Positions 53,463 to 63,074 of a stretch of DNA of 64,000 nucleotides are shown here, in pieces. The notes beneath the pieces are model-generated. The model was not told the origin of the DNA, ran no database searches, and saw nothing but the letters and a program-made list of their open reading frames with translations. Position 1 is the stretch's first letter. Every line of letters begins with the position of its first letter. Both the position numbers and the translations under genes were made by a program. The stretch spans positions 18,814 through 82,813 of the forward strand of contig MNDR01000081.1 in assembly GCA_001915025.1 (NCBI GenBank), in the 5' to 3' direction. This DNA comes from Gemmatimonadetes bacterium 13_2_20CM_2_65_7 (GTDB lineage Bacteria > Gemmatimonadota > Gemmatimonadetes > Gemmatimonadales > GWC2-71-9).

Positions 53463-56400
53463 TCAGTGGGCCACCCCGAACGTGTACACGGTGCGCGAGC
53501 GGTAGGTCGCACCGGGACGCAGGATCGTGGAAGGGAAGTTGGGATGATTGGGCGAGTCGGGAAAATGTTGCGTCTCGAGGCACAGCCCCGTCCGATACGC
53601 GTAAGCGAGGCCACCCTTTCCTTTAATGGTGCCGTCGAGAAAGTTGCCCGAGTAGAATTGCACCCCCGGCTCGGTCGTGCTGATCTCAACCGTCCGCCCG
53701 CTGGCGGGGTCTACGAGACGCGCCGCAGGTACCAGGCCGGTTTGGCTGCCGCGATCGAGCACCCAGTTGTGGTCATACCCACGGCCATAACGCAACTGCG
53801 TGTTCTCCTGCGCAAGGCGCTCGCCGATCCTCGTCGGGGTGCGAAAATCGAACGGCGTCCCCGCCACCGGAGTGATTTCGCCCGTCGGAATCAGCGTCGA
53901 GTCAACCGGCGTGAACGCGGCTGCGTTGAGCGTCAGCATGTGGTCGAGAATCTCGGCGCCCCCCCCACCGGTCGTGCCGAGCAAGTTCCAGTAGGTGTGC
54001 TGTGAGAGATTGACCGGCGTGGCTTTGTCGCTGGTGGCTTCGTAGTCCACGACAAGCTCATCACGCGGAGTGAGCGTGTATGTCACGCGCGTGACGAGCG
54101 TTCCCGGGAAGCCTTCTTCTCCATTCTTGCTCGTGTAGCGCAGCGTGACTCCGACGCCGCTGTCGGTCTGGAACGGCTCGCCGGTCCACAGGACCTTGTC
54201 GAATCCGCGCACCCCGCCATGCAGCGTGTTCGGGCCATTGTTCGTCGCAAGGCGATAGGTGGTGCCGTCGAGCGTGAACTGCCCACTGGCAATCCGATTG
54301 GCATAGCGGCCGACGATCGCACCGAAGTACGGCGAGTCTTTCAGGTATCCGGCGAGACTGTCGTAGCCGAGCACGATGTCGTCGAAGTGGCCGGAGCGGT
54401 CCGGTGTGTGGACGACGGTGATGATGCCGCCGTACGTCATCACCCGGACCTCGATGCCGTGCGCATTGGTGAGCGTCAACAGCTCGACGCTGCGCCCGTC
54501 GGGCAGCTTCCCGAATGGCGCGCGCGTCACGCCAGCGTGCGATGGTGTTGTCGTCGTGTCGCGGAGCACAAAGAGCACCGAGGGATCAATTGGATAGCGC
54601 CCGAATTGCGCGCCATAGATCGCCAGCCCACCTGGTAGCGCGGCATCAACCTCCAACCTAACGATCATCTCACCGGTGCGGGCACCTTCACGAATCGCGT
54701 CGGCGGGAACGGGCACGTGCAACAGCTCGCCGTATGATCCGGCTTCGTAGAGATGTCCATCATGCGGCTGCGCATGCCAGCTCAGAATGCCGCGCGAATC
54801 GGCGGGATCGTCGGGCAGGTCCCAGCGGGGGCCCGCAAGCTGACCGTTGACGCGCACCGTGACGGCGCTGCGAAACGGCGTCACACCAGTCATCGGATAG
54901 CTGTTGGGATTGCGGCTCGGATCGTGGAAGCCGCCGCCGCGCATGTAATCGCCATTGTCCGCCATCGTCGAGTCACGATCCTTGCCGTTCAAACGCTTGG
55001 CGGATGCCTCGACGAGAAATGTCGCGCTTGCGACGTCCTTGACGTCGAGCCCGGCGGGCCACGGAATGCGGTACTCGAAGAACCCGCTGCCGGCGCCGTT
55101 CAGTTTGTGATCGCCGAGGACGTTCCATTGTTTGAGCGTCCAATGGGCATCACGCACGGCGGTGGCCGGCACATGGGCGATCCGCACGCGCCGTCCGTCA
55201 GCCAGCGTCGCAACCGCCGGCGCCTCGCCTTCTACGATGAATGTCGTGAAGTTGCGCTGTAGGACGGAGTCTTTCGCATCCTCGAGCCGCGTCGCCAGCA
55301 CCAACGTAGCCGGCTCGTTCGGCATTGTGATCGTGAGCGGCGCGAGGGGCTGCGACATCCACGGCCGGTACGGCACGCGCCTCACGGACGTGTCCCACGT
55401 GCGTCGCTCGCCTAGCGCATTCCACCCGTACAGCTCGGCACGCAGCGTAAGTGAGTCACCGAAGCTGGTGCTGCCGGTCAGGAACGACGCGTAGAGCGGC
55501 ACCTCAACGTGCTCGCCGGGACGAACCGTGCGGCTCAGCTCCGGATCGCCCACCGCGATGTAGAGTGGCGCGTGCAGGTCGCGCAGCGACATGCCCGGCA
55601 CGATGTCGCCGAAGCCCGTTTCCTTCCACGAACGGTCGTAGCGCCAGTAGCCGTTCCACTCGTTGATCACGTCATGGTGCTCCGTATACAGCCAGCCGCA
55701 GATCTTGGGGTGACGGCGAAATGCGTTGATGGCGCGGTGGTAATCCCAGCTCCAATCCACGTCGCCGGTGCTGCCCTCGTAGCCCCACACGTTCCCGAAC
55801 TCCGAGTTACACATCGGCTGCCGTGCCTGCCGCCAGGCCGACCGGAAGTTCCAGGTCGAGCCCGGGAACGTGCTGTCGCTCACCTGCTGGTCGTGCGTCT
55901 CCCAGCGCCAGCCAGGCAAGTACTCGTGCCACGTATTGAGATCGGTCTCGGTGTGTCCGCTGCCGCAACACACGGAGTTGTCTTCGATGAGTCGTGTGGG
56001 ATCGAGCGACTTCGCCAAACGGTAATCGCGCACGACGCGACGCTCGGTCTCTGGCAAATAGCGATCGCGTCCATCGACTTTCGTCTCGAGACCCCATGTC
56101 TCGTTGAAGAGCACCCAGGCGAACACCGACGGATGATTGTAGTCGCGTTCGATCATGCCGCGCAGCGCGGTATCGTGCTCGCGAAACGCCGCGGAATCGG
56201 GTGGTCCCCACCAGTTCGGTACATCGGCCATGATGAGCACACCCAAGCGATCGGCCCAATACAGTTTGCGCGGCGCTTCGATCTTGACGTGTTCTCTGAG
56301 TCCGTTCAGGCCGATCCTACGGGCGCGCTGGATCTCGTCGCGGAGCACGCTGTCGGAAGGAAACGTGTAGTAGCCTTGCGGATGGTACGCCTGGTCGAGC

Positions 56401-57371
56401 GCCACCTGCAGATAAACGGGCGTGCCGTTGAGCGCGACGTAGCGGTACGTCGTGCCGGGCACGTTGACGACGCCGATCGTCCGCATGCCGAAATAGGTTT
56501 GCACGCGGTCTTCGGCCATTCCGGTGCCGCTCACACGCACGACGACGTCGTGCAAGAACGGATCATCGAGCGACCAGCGACGTGCGCCGGGCAGCGGCAC
56601 GTCGAGGTGCACGGAGCGTGTGCCGCGGGGAATGCGATGCGTCACCGTGGGCCCCGTGGCCCCCCCCCCGCCGGCGCGATTGGTGAACGCGAGTTGCAGC
56701 GTGAGCGCCCGCGGCGCCGGCTCGAGCAGTCGCACGTCGACGCCGACCCCCGCGAGGTCGGCCTCCGGTGTGAAGTGCACAAATTCCAATGGATCGCTGC
56801 CGCGCGCCTCGAGGTACACGGTCTGCCACATGCCGCGCGCTTTTCCGTAGCCCTGCTTGCCCTCGAGCTTGAAGGGGTGCGGTGAGTCGTCCACGCGGAC
56901 CACGAGCCGCTGCGACGCACCAGTTGTTGCCTGCGTCAGCTCGAAGGAGAACGGGGTGTAGCCGCCTTGATGGTCGCCCAACTTCCGGCCATCGAGCCAC
57001 GCGCTTGTCCGCCAGTCCGATGCGCCGAACACGAGAAACACGCGACGTCCCCCCCCGTGCCACGCGGCGGGCACGGTGATGGTGCGGCCATACCAACCGA
57101 TGTCACCGCTATCGGGAATCCCGGAGAGCGGCGCGCCCCAGGAAAACGGCACGAGAATCTCCCGTCCTGCGGGTAGCCCGCGGCTCGGCCAGCCCTCGCG
57201 TTCCCCGCTGTCTTGTGGATCGAACGCGAAGTGCCAGCGGCCGTTGAGATTGAGCCATTGTGCGCGTTGGAAGTCGGGGCGCGGATGCTCAAGAAGCGGA
57301 ATACTGTCGGTGGTGCTGGAGTGACTCGCGGTGCCGAACAGTGCCAGGAGGAGCGTTACGCCTCGTTTCAC
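53463..57371 (-). CDS. Fusion protein: glycoside hydrolase family 2 (beta-galactosidase-like) + aldose 1-epimerase (mutarotase)
   Basis: Signal peptide. GH2 sugar-binding domain (WYGRTITVP...ASDWRTSAWLDGRKLGDHQGGYTPFSFEL). Catalytic NHPSVFAWVLFNETW and CNSEFGN. C-terminal roughly 350 aa: VRVMTYGGIITVVHTPDRSG...IVLGYD...YFGAIVGRYANRIA...TLHGG..GFDK..W...HTYWNL...GYDHNWVL...PGVQFYSGNFL is GalM-like. Confidence 0.8.
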   Translation of the reverse strand: MKRGVTLLLALFGTASHSSTTDSIPLLEHPRPDFQRAQWLNLNGRWHFAFDPQDSGEREGWPSRGLPAGREILVPFSWGAPLSGIPDSGDIGWYGRTITVPAAWHGGGRRVFLVFGASDWRTSAWLDGRKLGDHQGGYTPFSFELTQATTGASQRLVVRVDDSPHPFKLEGKQGYGKARGMWQTVYLEARGSDPLEFVHFTPEADLAGVGVDVRLLEPAPRALTLQLAFTNRAGGGGATGPTVTHRIPRGTRSVHLDVPLPGARRWSLDDPFLHDVVVRVSGTGMAEDRVQTYFGMRTIGVVNVPGTTYRYVALNGTPVYLQVALDQAYHPQGYYTFPSDSVLRDEIQRARRIGLNGLREHVKIEAPRKLYWADRLGVLIMADVPNWWGPPDSAAFREHDTALRGMIERDYNHPSVFAWVLFNETWGLETKVDGRDRYLPETERRVVRDYRLAKSLDPTRLIEDNSVCCGSGHTETDLNTWHEYLPGWRWETHDQQVSDSTFPGSTWNFRSAWRQARQPMCNSEFGNVWGYEGSTGDVDWSWDYHRAINAFRRHPKICGWLYTEHHDVINEWNGYWRYDRSWKETGFGDIVPGMSLRDLHAPLYIAVGDPELSRTVRPGEHVEVPLYASFLTGSTSFGDSLTLRAELYGWNALGERRTWDTSVRRVPYRPWMSQPLAPLTITMPNEPATLVLATRLEDAKDSVLQRNFTTFIVEGEAPAVATLADGRRVRIAHVPATAVRDAHWTLKQWNVLGDHKLNGAGSGFFEYRIPWPAGLDVKDVASATFLVEASAKRLNGKDRDSTMADNGDYMRGGGFHDPSRNPNSYPMTGVTPFRSAVTVRVNGQLAGPRWDLPDDPADSRGILSWHAQPHDGHLYEAGSYGELLHVPVPADAIREGARTGEMIVRLEVDAALPGGLAIYGAQFGRYPIDPSVLFVLRDTTTTPSHAGVTRAPFGKLPDGRSVELLTLTNAHGIEVRVMTYGGIITVVHTPDRSGHFDDIVLGYDSLAGYLKDSPYFGAIVGRYANRIASGQFTLDGTTYRLATNNGPNTLHGGVRGFDKVLWTGEPFQTDSGVGVTLRYTSKNGEEGFPGTLVTRVTYTLTPRDELVVDYEATSDKATPVNLSQHTYWNLLGTTGGGGAEILDHMLTLNAAAFTPVDSTLIPTGEITPVAGTPFDFRTPTRIGERLAQENTQLRYGRGYDHNWVLDRGSQTGLVPAARLVDPASGRTVEISTTEPGVQFYSGNFLDGTIKGKGGLAYAYRTGLCLETQHFPDSPNHPNFPSTILRPGATYRSRTVYTFGVAH

Positions 57372-57471
57372 GTCGGCAATTCTACTCCACTACCACGAGG
57401 CGGTCCACGACTCCATGTTCCAAGACACCTTCAACTTCTCCCCCCGCGACCCGCTATTTAGGAGAATCGAC

Positions 57472-58074
57472 ATGGCCTCCCGAACACTGGCAAAACGGAG
57501 AGATGGAAAGGAGAAGCGGGTTCGAGCAGCTCCCGCTCGACCTGCAGTCCCCCCCCCGGAGACGATTCCCGAGAGGCGTGTGCGTGCGCCGGCGCGGCTC
57601 TATACGACCAAGAACGATTTGCCCGAGACGACTCGCGTCGAGGTGATCGAGCTCCTCAATCAGCGCCTCGCCGACTGCATCGATCTCCAGACACAGTGCA
57701 AGCAGGCGCACTGGAACGTGAAGGGCCCCTCGTTCATCGGACTGCACAAGCTGTTCGACGATGTCAACGAGGATGTCGAGGGCTACGTGGATCTGATCGC
57801 CGAGCGCATCGTGCAGCTGGGCGGCATCGCCGAGGGCACCGTGGGTGCGGTCGAAGGGCGTTCGTCGCTGCCGGACTACCCGCTCGCGTTATCGGACGGC
57901 GCGGAGCATGTGGCCGCATTGTCGGATGCACTCGCGGCGTTCGGGCGGACGGCGCGCATCGGCATCGAGGAAATGAACGAGCTCGAGGATACCGACAGCG
58001 CCGATCTGCTGACCGAGATCTCGCGCGGCGTCGACAAGTGGCTGTGGTTCGTGGAAGCGCACCAGCAGGCCTAA
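57472..58074 (+). CDS. dps: Dps (DNA starvation/stationary-phase protection protein) with Lys/Arg-rich N-terminal tail
   Basis: AGGAG SD. LNQRLADCIDLQTQCKQAHWNVKGPSFIGLHKLFD...DLIAERI, the ferroxidase-centre motif pattern of Dps. Confidence 0.85.
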   Translation: MASRTLAKRRDGKEKRVRAAPARPAVPPPETIPERRVRAPARLYTTKNDLPETTRVEVIELLNQRLADCIDLQTQCKQAHWNVKGPSFIGLHKLFDDVNEDVEGYVDLIAERIVQLGGIAEGTVGAVEGRSSLPDYPLALSDGAEHVAALSDALAAFGRTARIGIEEMNELEDTDSADLLTEISRGVDKWLWFVEAHQQA

Positions 58075-58358
58075 CGCGCTAACGGCCGCGGCGCCGGCTC
58101 GAACATGAGCTGGTCGACAAAACAGAATCCCCAATCCTCACCAGGCTCGAAGCTGCGCATGATGGGGTGTTTGGTCTTGTGGAAGTGCTTCGTGGCGTGC
58201 CGGTTGGGCGAATCGTCGCAGCAGCCGACGTGACCGCACTCGAGGCAGAGCCGCAGGTGCACCCACTCGTCGCCGCTCGCCAGACATTCCTCGCACCCGT
58301 CGGGCGTTTTCGGCTCGACGGCGCGGACCTGCGCGAGATGCTTGCATTGTTGGGCCAT
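58071..58358 (-). CDS. UBP-type zinc-finger protein
   Basis: C.EC....WVHLRLCLECGHVGCCDDSPNRHATKHFHKTKHP, the zf-UBP Cys/His pattern. Confidence 0.75.
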   Translation of the reverse strand: MAQQCKHLAQVRAVEPKTPDGCEECLASGDEWVHLRLCLECGHVGCCDDSPNRHATKHFHKTKHPIMRSFEPGEDWGFCFVDQLMFEPAPRPLAR

Positions 58359-58395
58359 GCTAGAAGCTCTTCCGTTGGGTGGTAGTATTCAAGCG

Positions 58396-60087
58396 ATGAC
58401 CGCCACGACTGTTCCACCCAAAACCACTCCTGCCGCCGCCGCGCGACAGGCGGAGGCGTTTCCGCGGCTGACGGCGGCGCAGATCGCCCGCATTGAGCCC
58501 CACGGCCGCCGGCGCCTTGTCGAGCCGGGCGAGGTGCTCGGCGACGCAGGTGAGCCCGTGACGAAAATATTCGTGGTCGTGTCGGGACGGCTCGATCTCG
58601 TTCGCCCGCCGCGCTGGGTCGGCGAGGAAGTGCCGAGCTTCAGCGAGGGGATGTTTACGGGCGAGCGTTCGATCCTGGCCGGCGGTCGCTTCCTGGCCCG
58701 CATTCAGGCCAGCACGCCCTGTGAAGTCATCGAAGTCGGCCGCGAGTCGCTGCTCGAGTTGATTCGGACCGACCCCGAGTTGAGCGACATGTTTCTCCGG
58801 GCGTTCATCCTGCGCCGCCTGCAGCTGATCGATCAAGAATTCGGTGACGTGCTGCTGCTGGGATCGAATCACTGCCAGGGCTCGCTCCACATCCGCGAGT
58901 TTCTCACGCGCAATGGGCACCCCTACAAATTCGTGGATCTCGACAACGACTCCGACAGCCAGCAGATGCTCGATCAGTTCCGCGTGAGCGCCGGGGACAT
59001 ACCCGTCGTGATCTGCCGCGGCAGCATCGTGCTGCGCAATCCCACGATTCAACAGGTGGCCGACTGCCTTGGCCTGAATCCCACAATCGATCGGACGGCG
59101 ATCTGCGATGTCGTCATCATCGGGGCAGGGCCGGCTGGACTCGGCGCCGCCGTGTATGCCGCATCGGAAGGCCTGAGCGTCGTGATGATCGAAGCGAACG
59201 CACCCGGCGGTCAGGCGGGGACAAGCTCGCGCATCGAAAACTATCTGGGCTTCCCGCTCGGCATCTCGGGACAGGAGCTGGCGGCTCGAGCGTATGATCA
59301 GGCCCAAAAATTTGGAGCGAAGATCCTGATCGCCAAGTCCGCCGTCCGGCTCGACTGCGACAAGAAGCCCTACCGCATCCTGCTGGGCGAGGGAGAGGGC
59401 GATCCGCTGCTCACGCGCGCGATCATCATCGCGAGCGGCGTCGAATACCGGCGCCTCGCGATCGACACCCTCTCACGGTTCGAGGGTGCCGGCGTCTACT
59501 ACGCTGCTACGCCCATGGAAGCACAGCTCTGCACCGGCGAGGAGATCGCCATCGTGGGCGGCGCGAACTCGGCGGGTCAGGCGGCGGTGTTCCTGGCGGA
59601 GTCCGCGAAGCGCGTGCACATGCTGATTCGATCCGACGGGTTGTCGCAGACGATGTCCCGTTACCTGATCAGTCGCATCGAAGCGCACCAACGGATCGAG
59701 CTCCATACGCGCACCGAGATCGTGGGCCTCGAGGGTAATGGTCATCTGGAGCACGTCGCATGGCGTGCGGGACGCAACGGACCGGTGGAGAAGCAGAACA
59801 TTCGCCACGTCTTCACCATGACCGGAGCGGAGCCGAGCACGAAGTGGCTCGCCGGATGCCTGGCGCTCGACGCGAAGGGGTTCATCAAGACGGGATCCGC
59901 GCTGACCGCGGACGAGCTGTCGGCAGCGAAGTGGCCGCTGCATCGCCCGCCCCATCTCCTCGAGACGAGCTTGCCTGGGGTGCTCGCGGTGGGCGATGTG
60001 CGCAGCGGGAGCACCAAGCGCGTCGCGTCCGCCGTTGGTGAAGGCTCGATCGCGGTCGCGACCGTGCATCAGATCCTGGCCGAGTAG
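58396..60087 (+). CDS. Cyclic-nucleotide-binding domain fused to thioredoxin-disulfide reductase-like FAD oxidoreductase
   Basis: N-terminal cNMP-binding fold (FTGERSILAGGRFLARIQA). DVVIIGAGPAGLGAAVYAASEG. Second dinucleotide motif IAIVGGANSAGQAAVFLA. GVLAVGDVR. Confidence 0.8.
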   Translation: MTATTVPPKTTPAAAARQAEAFPRLTAAQIARIEPHGRRRLVEPGEVLGDAGEPVTKIFVVVSGRLDLVRPPRWVGEEVPSFSEGMFTGERSILAGGRFLARIQASTPCEVIEVGRESLLELIRTDPELSDMFLRAFILRRLQLIDQEFGDVLLLGSNHCQGSLHIREFLTRNGHPYKFVDLDNDSDSQQMLDQFRVSAGDIPVVICRGSIVLRNPTIQQVADCLGLNPTIDRTAICDVVIIGAGPAGLGAAVYAASEGLSVVMIEANAPGGQAGTSSRIENYLGFPLGISGQELAARAYDQAQKFGAKILIAKSAVRLDCDKKPYRILLGEGEGDPLLTRAIIIASGVEYRRLAIDTLSRFEGAGVYYAATPMEAQLCTGEEIAIVGGANSAGQAAVFLAESAKRVHMLIRSDGLSQTMSRYLISRIEAHQRIELHTRTEIVGLEGNGHLEHVAWRAGRNGPVEKQNIRHVFTMTGAEPSTKWLAGCLALDAKGFIKTGSALTADELSAAKWPLHRPPHLLETSLPGVLAVGDVRSGSTKRVASAVGEGSIAVATVHQILAE

Positions 60088-60124
60088 AAAAGACAACGGC
60101 GCCCTCTGTGTAGAGAGCGCCGTC
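60087..60124 (-). terminator. Terminator hairpin between convergent trxR-like and csp genes (U-tract on the csp side)
   Basis: Minus-strand RNA: GACGGCGCUCUCU-acac-AGAGGGCGCCGUUGUC followed by UUUUCUAC. Lies 21 nt after the csp stop. Confidence 0.6.
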
Positions 60125-60144
60125 TTCCTGCTGTACCGCGGTGG

Positions 60145-60354
60145 TTACAGCTTGACGACGTTCTGCGCCGCCGGGCCTTTCGCGCCCTGCACGACTTCGA
60201 ACTCGACGCGCTCGCCTTCGGCCAGGGACTTGAATCCCTGTGCCTGAATCGCGGTGTGGTGCACGAAGCAGTCCTTCTCGCCGTTCTCGGGCGTGATGAA
60301 ACCGAACCCCTTCGCGTCGTTGAACCACTTCACGGTACCGGTGATACGTGCCAT
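60145..60354 (-). CDS. Cold-shock protein (CspA family)
   Basis: [15 protein letters not shown] (RNP1) and DCFVHHTAI (RNP2). 69 aa. Confidence 0.95.
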   Translation of the reverse strand: MARITGTVKWFNDAKGFGFITPENGEKDCFVHHTAIQAQGFKSLAEGERVEFEVVQGAKGPAAQNVVKL

Positions 60355-60455
60355 CTGATGAAACTCCTGTTCACTAACTGTTCCCGGCGTCGCGCGTCGT
60401 CACCCTGCGGTGCGCCGCGACCTGTGATTCCGGCGCCGGTGAGCGAGGCCACGCC

Positions 60456-60493
60456 AAAAAAATCGAGGACCGGAGACGTTGCCCCAGGTCCTC
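60456..60493 (-). terminator. Intrinsic terminator downstream of the sigma/anti-sigma operon, or an attenuator in the csp leader
   Basis: Minus-strand RNA: GAGGACC-(loop)-GGUCCUC followed by GAUUUUUUU. Confidence 0.55.
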
Positions 60494-60556
60494 GTAATCG
60501 GTCACTGGCTTGTCGCTCGGCTGAACAATCGATAGAAGGTCAAGAAAAGTCAAGCA

Positions 60557-61318
60557 TTACGGCGCAGCCGAATCCGCCTGCTGCAAGAGCCGCGAGAACT
60601 CACGCAGCTCCGTCAGGCCGAGATCGGACACGACCCAATACGCATAGGCGGGCGTGTTCCAGTGCAGCAGGTGGTAGCCTTGGCGCGTTTGCGTTGTCGG
60701 TCCCAGGTCTCCACCCCGCGCCGATGGCCACAAGACCACATTGATCACGTGTTGGCGCCGGCCGTATACGAGCGCCGCGACCGATCTGCCCCCGACGTAG
60801 TCGAGCCGGCCGCCGAGCAGCGGATAGCCACGCCCGGCGAAATCGTACACGGGCGGCGAATAATCCAGCTTGCCGTTAAACCATGGCTTCACGGTGTGCT
60901 GATCCGATGACAGCACGTCGGTGAGGTGCCCCCCCCCGGGCATCAGCGAGCGGACGTGGCTCGTGAAGACGTCGCCCGCGAGCGCCTCGCCCGCCGAGCG
61001 ACGGGCCGCGAGCTGCCACGTCCCCAGTGCCACGACCGCGAGTGATGCCGCGATTGCCAACGAGCGCCAGGGGCGGGGGCGGGAGCCGACCATCGATGGT
61101 TTGCGCATAGGTGCCCGCACGCGTTGGCGCAGGACATCCGACGCCTGGAACGTCGGTACGCGGGCTTTGATCGCCACACGGAGCGCGAGACGACGGTCGC
61201 GAAACTCCATGCACTCCCGACATTGCGCGACGTGCGCTTCCAGCTCGCGCGCGTCGACGGCGGCGAGCTCGCCGTCGAGGTAGGCGTCCAGTTGTGATTC
61301 GAAGTTCGGGTGACTCAT
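60557..61318 (-). CDS. Anti-sigma factor (zf-HC2 N-terminus, one TM, periplasmic domain)
   Basis: H-x3-C-x2-C motif (EAHVAQCRECMEF). TM segment WRSLAIAASLAVVALGTW. Start 1 nt after the sigma gene stop. Confidence 0.7.
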   Translation of the reverse strand: MSHPNFESQLDAYLDGELAAVDARELEAHVAQCRECMEFRDRRLALRVAIKARVPTFQASDVLRQRVRAPMRKPSMVGSRPRPWRSLAIAASLAVVALGTWQLAARRSAGEALAGDVFTSHVRSLMPGGGHLTDVLSSDQHTVKPWFNGKLDYSPPVYDFAGRGYPLLGGRLDYVGGRSVAALVYGRRQHVINVVLWPSARGGDLGPTTQTRQGYHLLHWNTPAYAYWVVSDLGLTELREFSRLLQQADSAAP

Positions 61319-61319
61319 G

Positions 61320-61877
61320 TCAACACTCCTCTGCGGCGCAAAGCGCCTCCTGCAACCGCTGGCGGGCTCGGGACAGACGTGACATCACAGTACCGACCGG
61401 CACGCCGGCGACGTCGCTGATTTCCTTATACGACAGCCCCTCGAGCTCGCGCAGGACGATGACTTCGCGGAACTCGATCGGGAGCTGGTCGAGCGCCCGG
61501 GTCAACGATTCTCCGGCATCCCGCTTGAGCAGCGTCGCTTCGGGGTGCTCGTCCGCGACCGCATCGCTGTGCAGCTCCTCGTTGAACTCTGTGCCCAGGG
61601 TGTCCGAGTGCTGCCGGCGCCGCCAGGTGTAGGCGGTGTTGCGGACGATGGCGAGCACCCATGCGCGCGCGCTGCTGTCCTCACCCCGAAATCCACCGAA
61701 ATACTTGAGCGCGCGTAGATAGGCGTCCTGCACGACGTCTTCGGCGTCGTGATCATTCCGCGTCAGATAACGCGCCAGCGTGTACGCGGCGTCGAGATGC
61801 GGCAGCACGACCGTTTCGAACCGCTCCAGCTCGTGTGAGTCCAACCGTTCCCCTTCGGAAGAGGACTTCGCCGCCAT
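61320..61877 (-). CDS. ECF-type RNA polymerase sigma factor
   Basis: Region 2 (DAEDVVQDAYLRALKYF) and region 4 (LPIEFREVIVLRELEGLSYKEISDVAGVPVGTVMSRLSRARQRL). Confidence 0.9.
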   Translation of the reverse strand: MAAKSSSEGERLDSHELERFETVVLPHLDAAYTLARYLTRNDHDAEDVVQDAYLRALKYFGGFRGEDSSARAWVLAIVRNTAYTWRRRQHSDTLGTEFNEELHSDAVADEHPEATLLKRDAGESLTRALDQLPIEFREVIVLRELEGLSYKEISDVAGVPVGTVMSRLSRARQRLQEALCAAEEC

Positions 61878-61882
61878 CGAGT

Positions 61883-61920
61883 TTATTCCCGGCGGAATAA
61901 GCTCGCGTGGCGTGTGGTCT
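61883..61920 (+). promoter_or_regulatory. Palindrome TTATTCC-cggc-GGAATAA and possible ECF-type promoter GGAATAA-N16-GTCT for the cupredoxin genes
   Basis: Palindrome at 61883-61900, directly upstream of the sigma start codon. GGAATAA (61894-61900), then 16 nt, then GTCT (61917-61920), about 50 nt upstream of ATG 61970. Confidence 0.25.
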
Positions 61921-61969
61921 CCGGCATTGAACAGGCTGTGAACACACTCTTGCCGGAGGAAGATCCCGT

Positions 61970-63064
61970 ATGACGCACGCTCTTGCTGTTCCGTTCAGAA
62001 ACCTCGCGAGCTCGATCCTTACCGCCATTGCGCTCGTGGGCGAACCCCATCCAGTGGCCGTAACTGCCACACTCTCCGAGTGGAAGGTCGAGCTCTCGGA
62101 ACGCCGTATCGCTCCCGGCGTTGTGACGTTCACCGTCACGAACGCGGGCAGTATCCCACACGCGCTCGAAGTCGAGGGCGAAGGGATCGAGCAGGAAACG
62201 GAGGTCATCCAACCGGGCGCACACGCGACCCTGACGCTCACGCTCAAGCCCGGGACCTACGAGGTGTATTGCCCCGTCGGCGACGACTCGCACAAGAAGC
62301 TCGGCATGGACACACGCCTGAAGGTCCAAGGAGGCGCCGAGCACGGCGACGCGATGTCTTCGGGTTATAGCAGCACGGCGATGCACGAAGCGCACGCGAT
62401 GGAGGCGACCGCGCCGGCGATCAAGGTGACTGGCGGTGGGCCTGTCATTCAGATCCTGCCGGGACCCTTTCCATTTCCTGACAGCGCCGCGCCGATCCTT
62501 CAGGCGTTCGGCGATGAGCGCGAGGGACTCGAGTCGCAAGTCAAAAATGGCCCGTACTCGAATAACGTCGCACCGACGTCCGGCACGTTCACTTTCACCG
62601 CGTGGGACAAGGGCGCGGTGCGCGATTCGGTGGACGGCGTTGCGGAGTTCGCCACGCAGGACGGCGCCCGCTGGAAACTCGTGCTCGACCGCGTGCAGAC
62701 GAAGGACGTGCCGCACCACCCGCGCTTCGGCGGTGTGATCTTCGGGCTGTACTACCACGGCGTCACGCAGGTGCACACGCCACTGGTCCCCACGATCAAC
62801 AGCGCCGTCGCGCTGTGGGCGTTCGGTCACCTCTACAAGAACGGCGCGCTCGTAACCGACAACGCGATGGTGCACGTCATGCTGTTGTCGCACACGCGGC
62901 GTGACGGCGATTTCGCAATCGCCTGCTGGGATTGCTCAAAGAACAAGATCGACGAGCTGCAGCTGCAGATCCTTCCCGGACCAGGCGAGCCGAAGTTCGA
63001 CGCGCCCGGCGGGTTTCTGTTTGTCAATTGGGAGCAATCACGCTCCCGCAAACTGGCAAGTTGA
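61970..63064 (+). CDS. Cupredoxin-domain protein with a roughly 230-aa C-terminal domain of unknown function
   Basis: GGAGGA SD. N-terminal TM/signal segment. Type-1 Cu ligand pattern NAGSIPHALEV...YEVYCPVGDDSHKKLGM (His...Cys...His...Met). Confidence 0.6.
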   Translation: MTHALAVPFRNLASSILTAIALVGEPHPVAVTATLSEWKVELSERRIAPGVVTFTVTNAGSIPHALEVEGEGIEQETEVIQPGAHATLTLTLKPGTYEVYCPVGDDSHKKLGMDTRLKVQGGAEHGDAMSSGYSSTAMHEAHAMEATAPAIKVTGGGPVIQILPGPFPFPDSAAPILQAFGDEREGLESQVKNGPYSNNVAPTSGTFTFTAWDKGAVRDSVDGVAEFATQDGARWKLVLDRVQTKDVPHHPRFGGVIFGLYYHGVTQVHTPLVPTINSAVALWAFGHLYKNGALVTDNAMVHVMLLSHTRRDGDFAIACWDCSKNKIDELQLQILPGPGEPKFDAPGGFLFVNWEQSRSRKLAS

Positions 63065-63074
63065 GGAGAATCCC

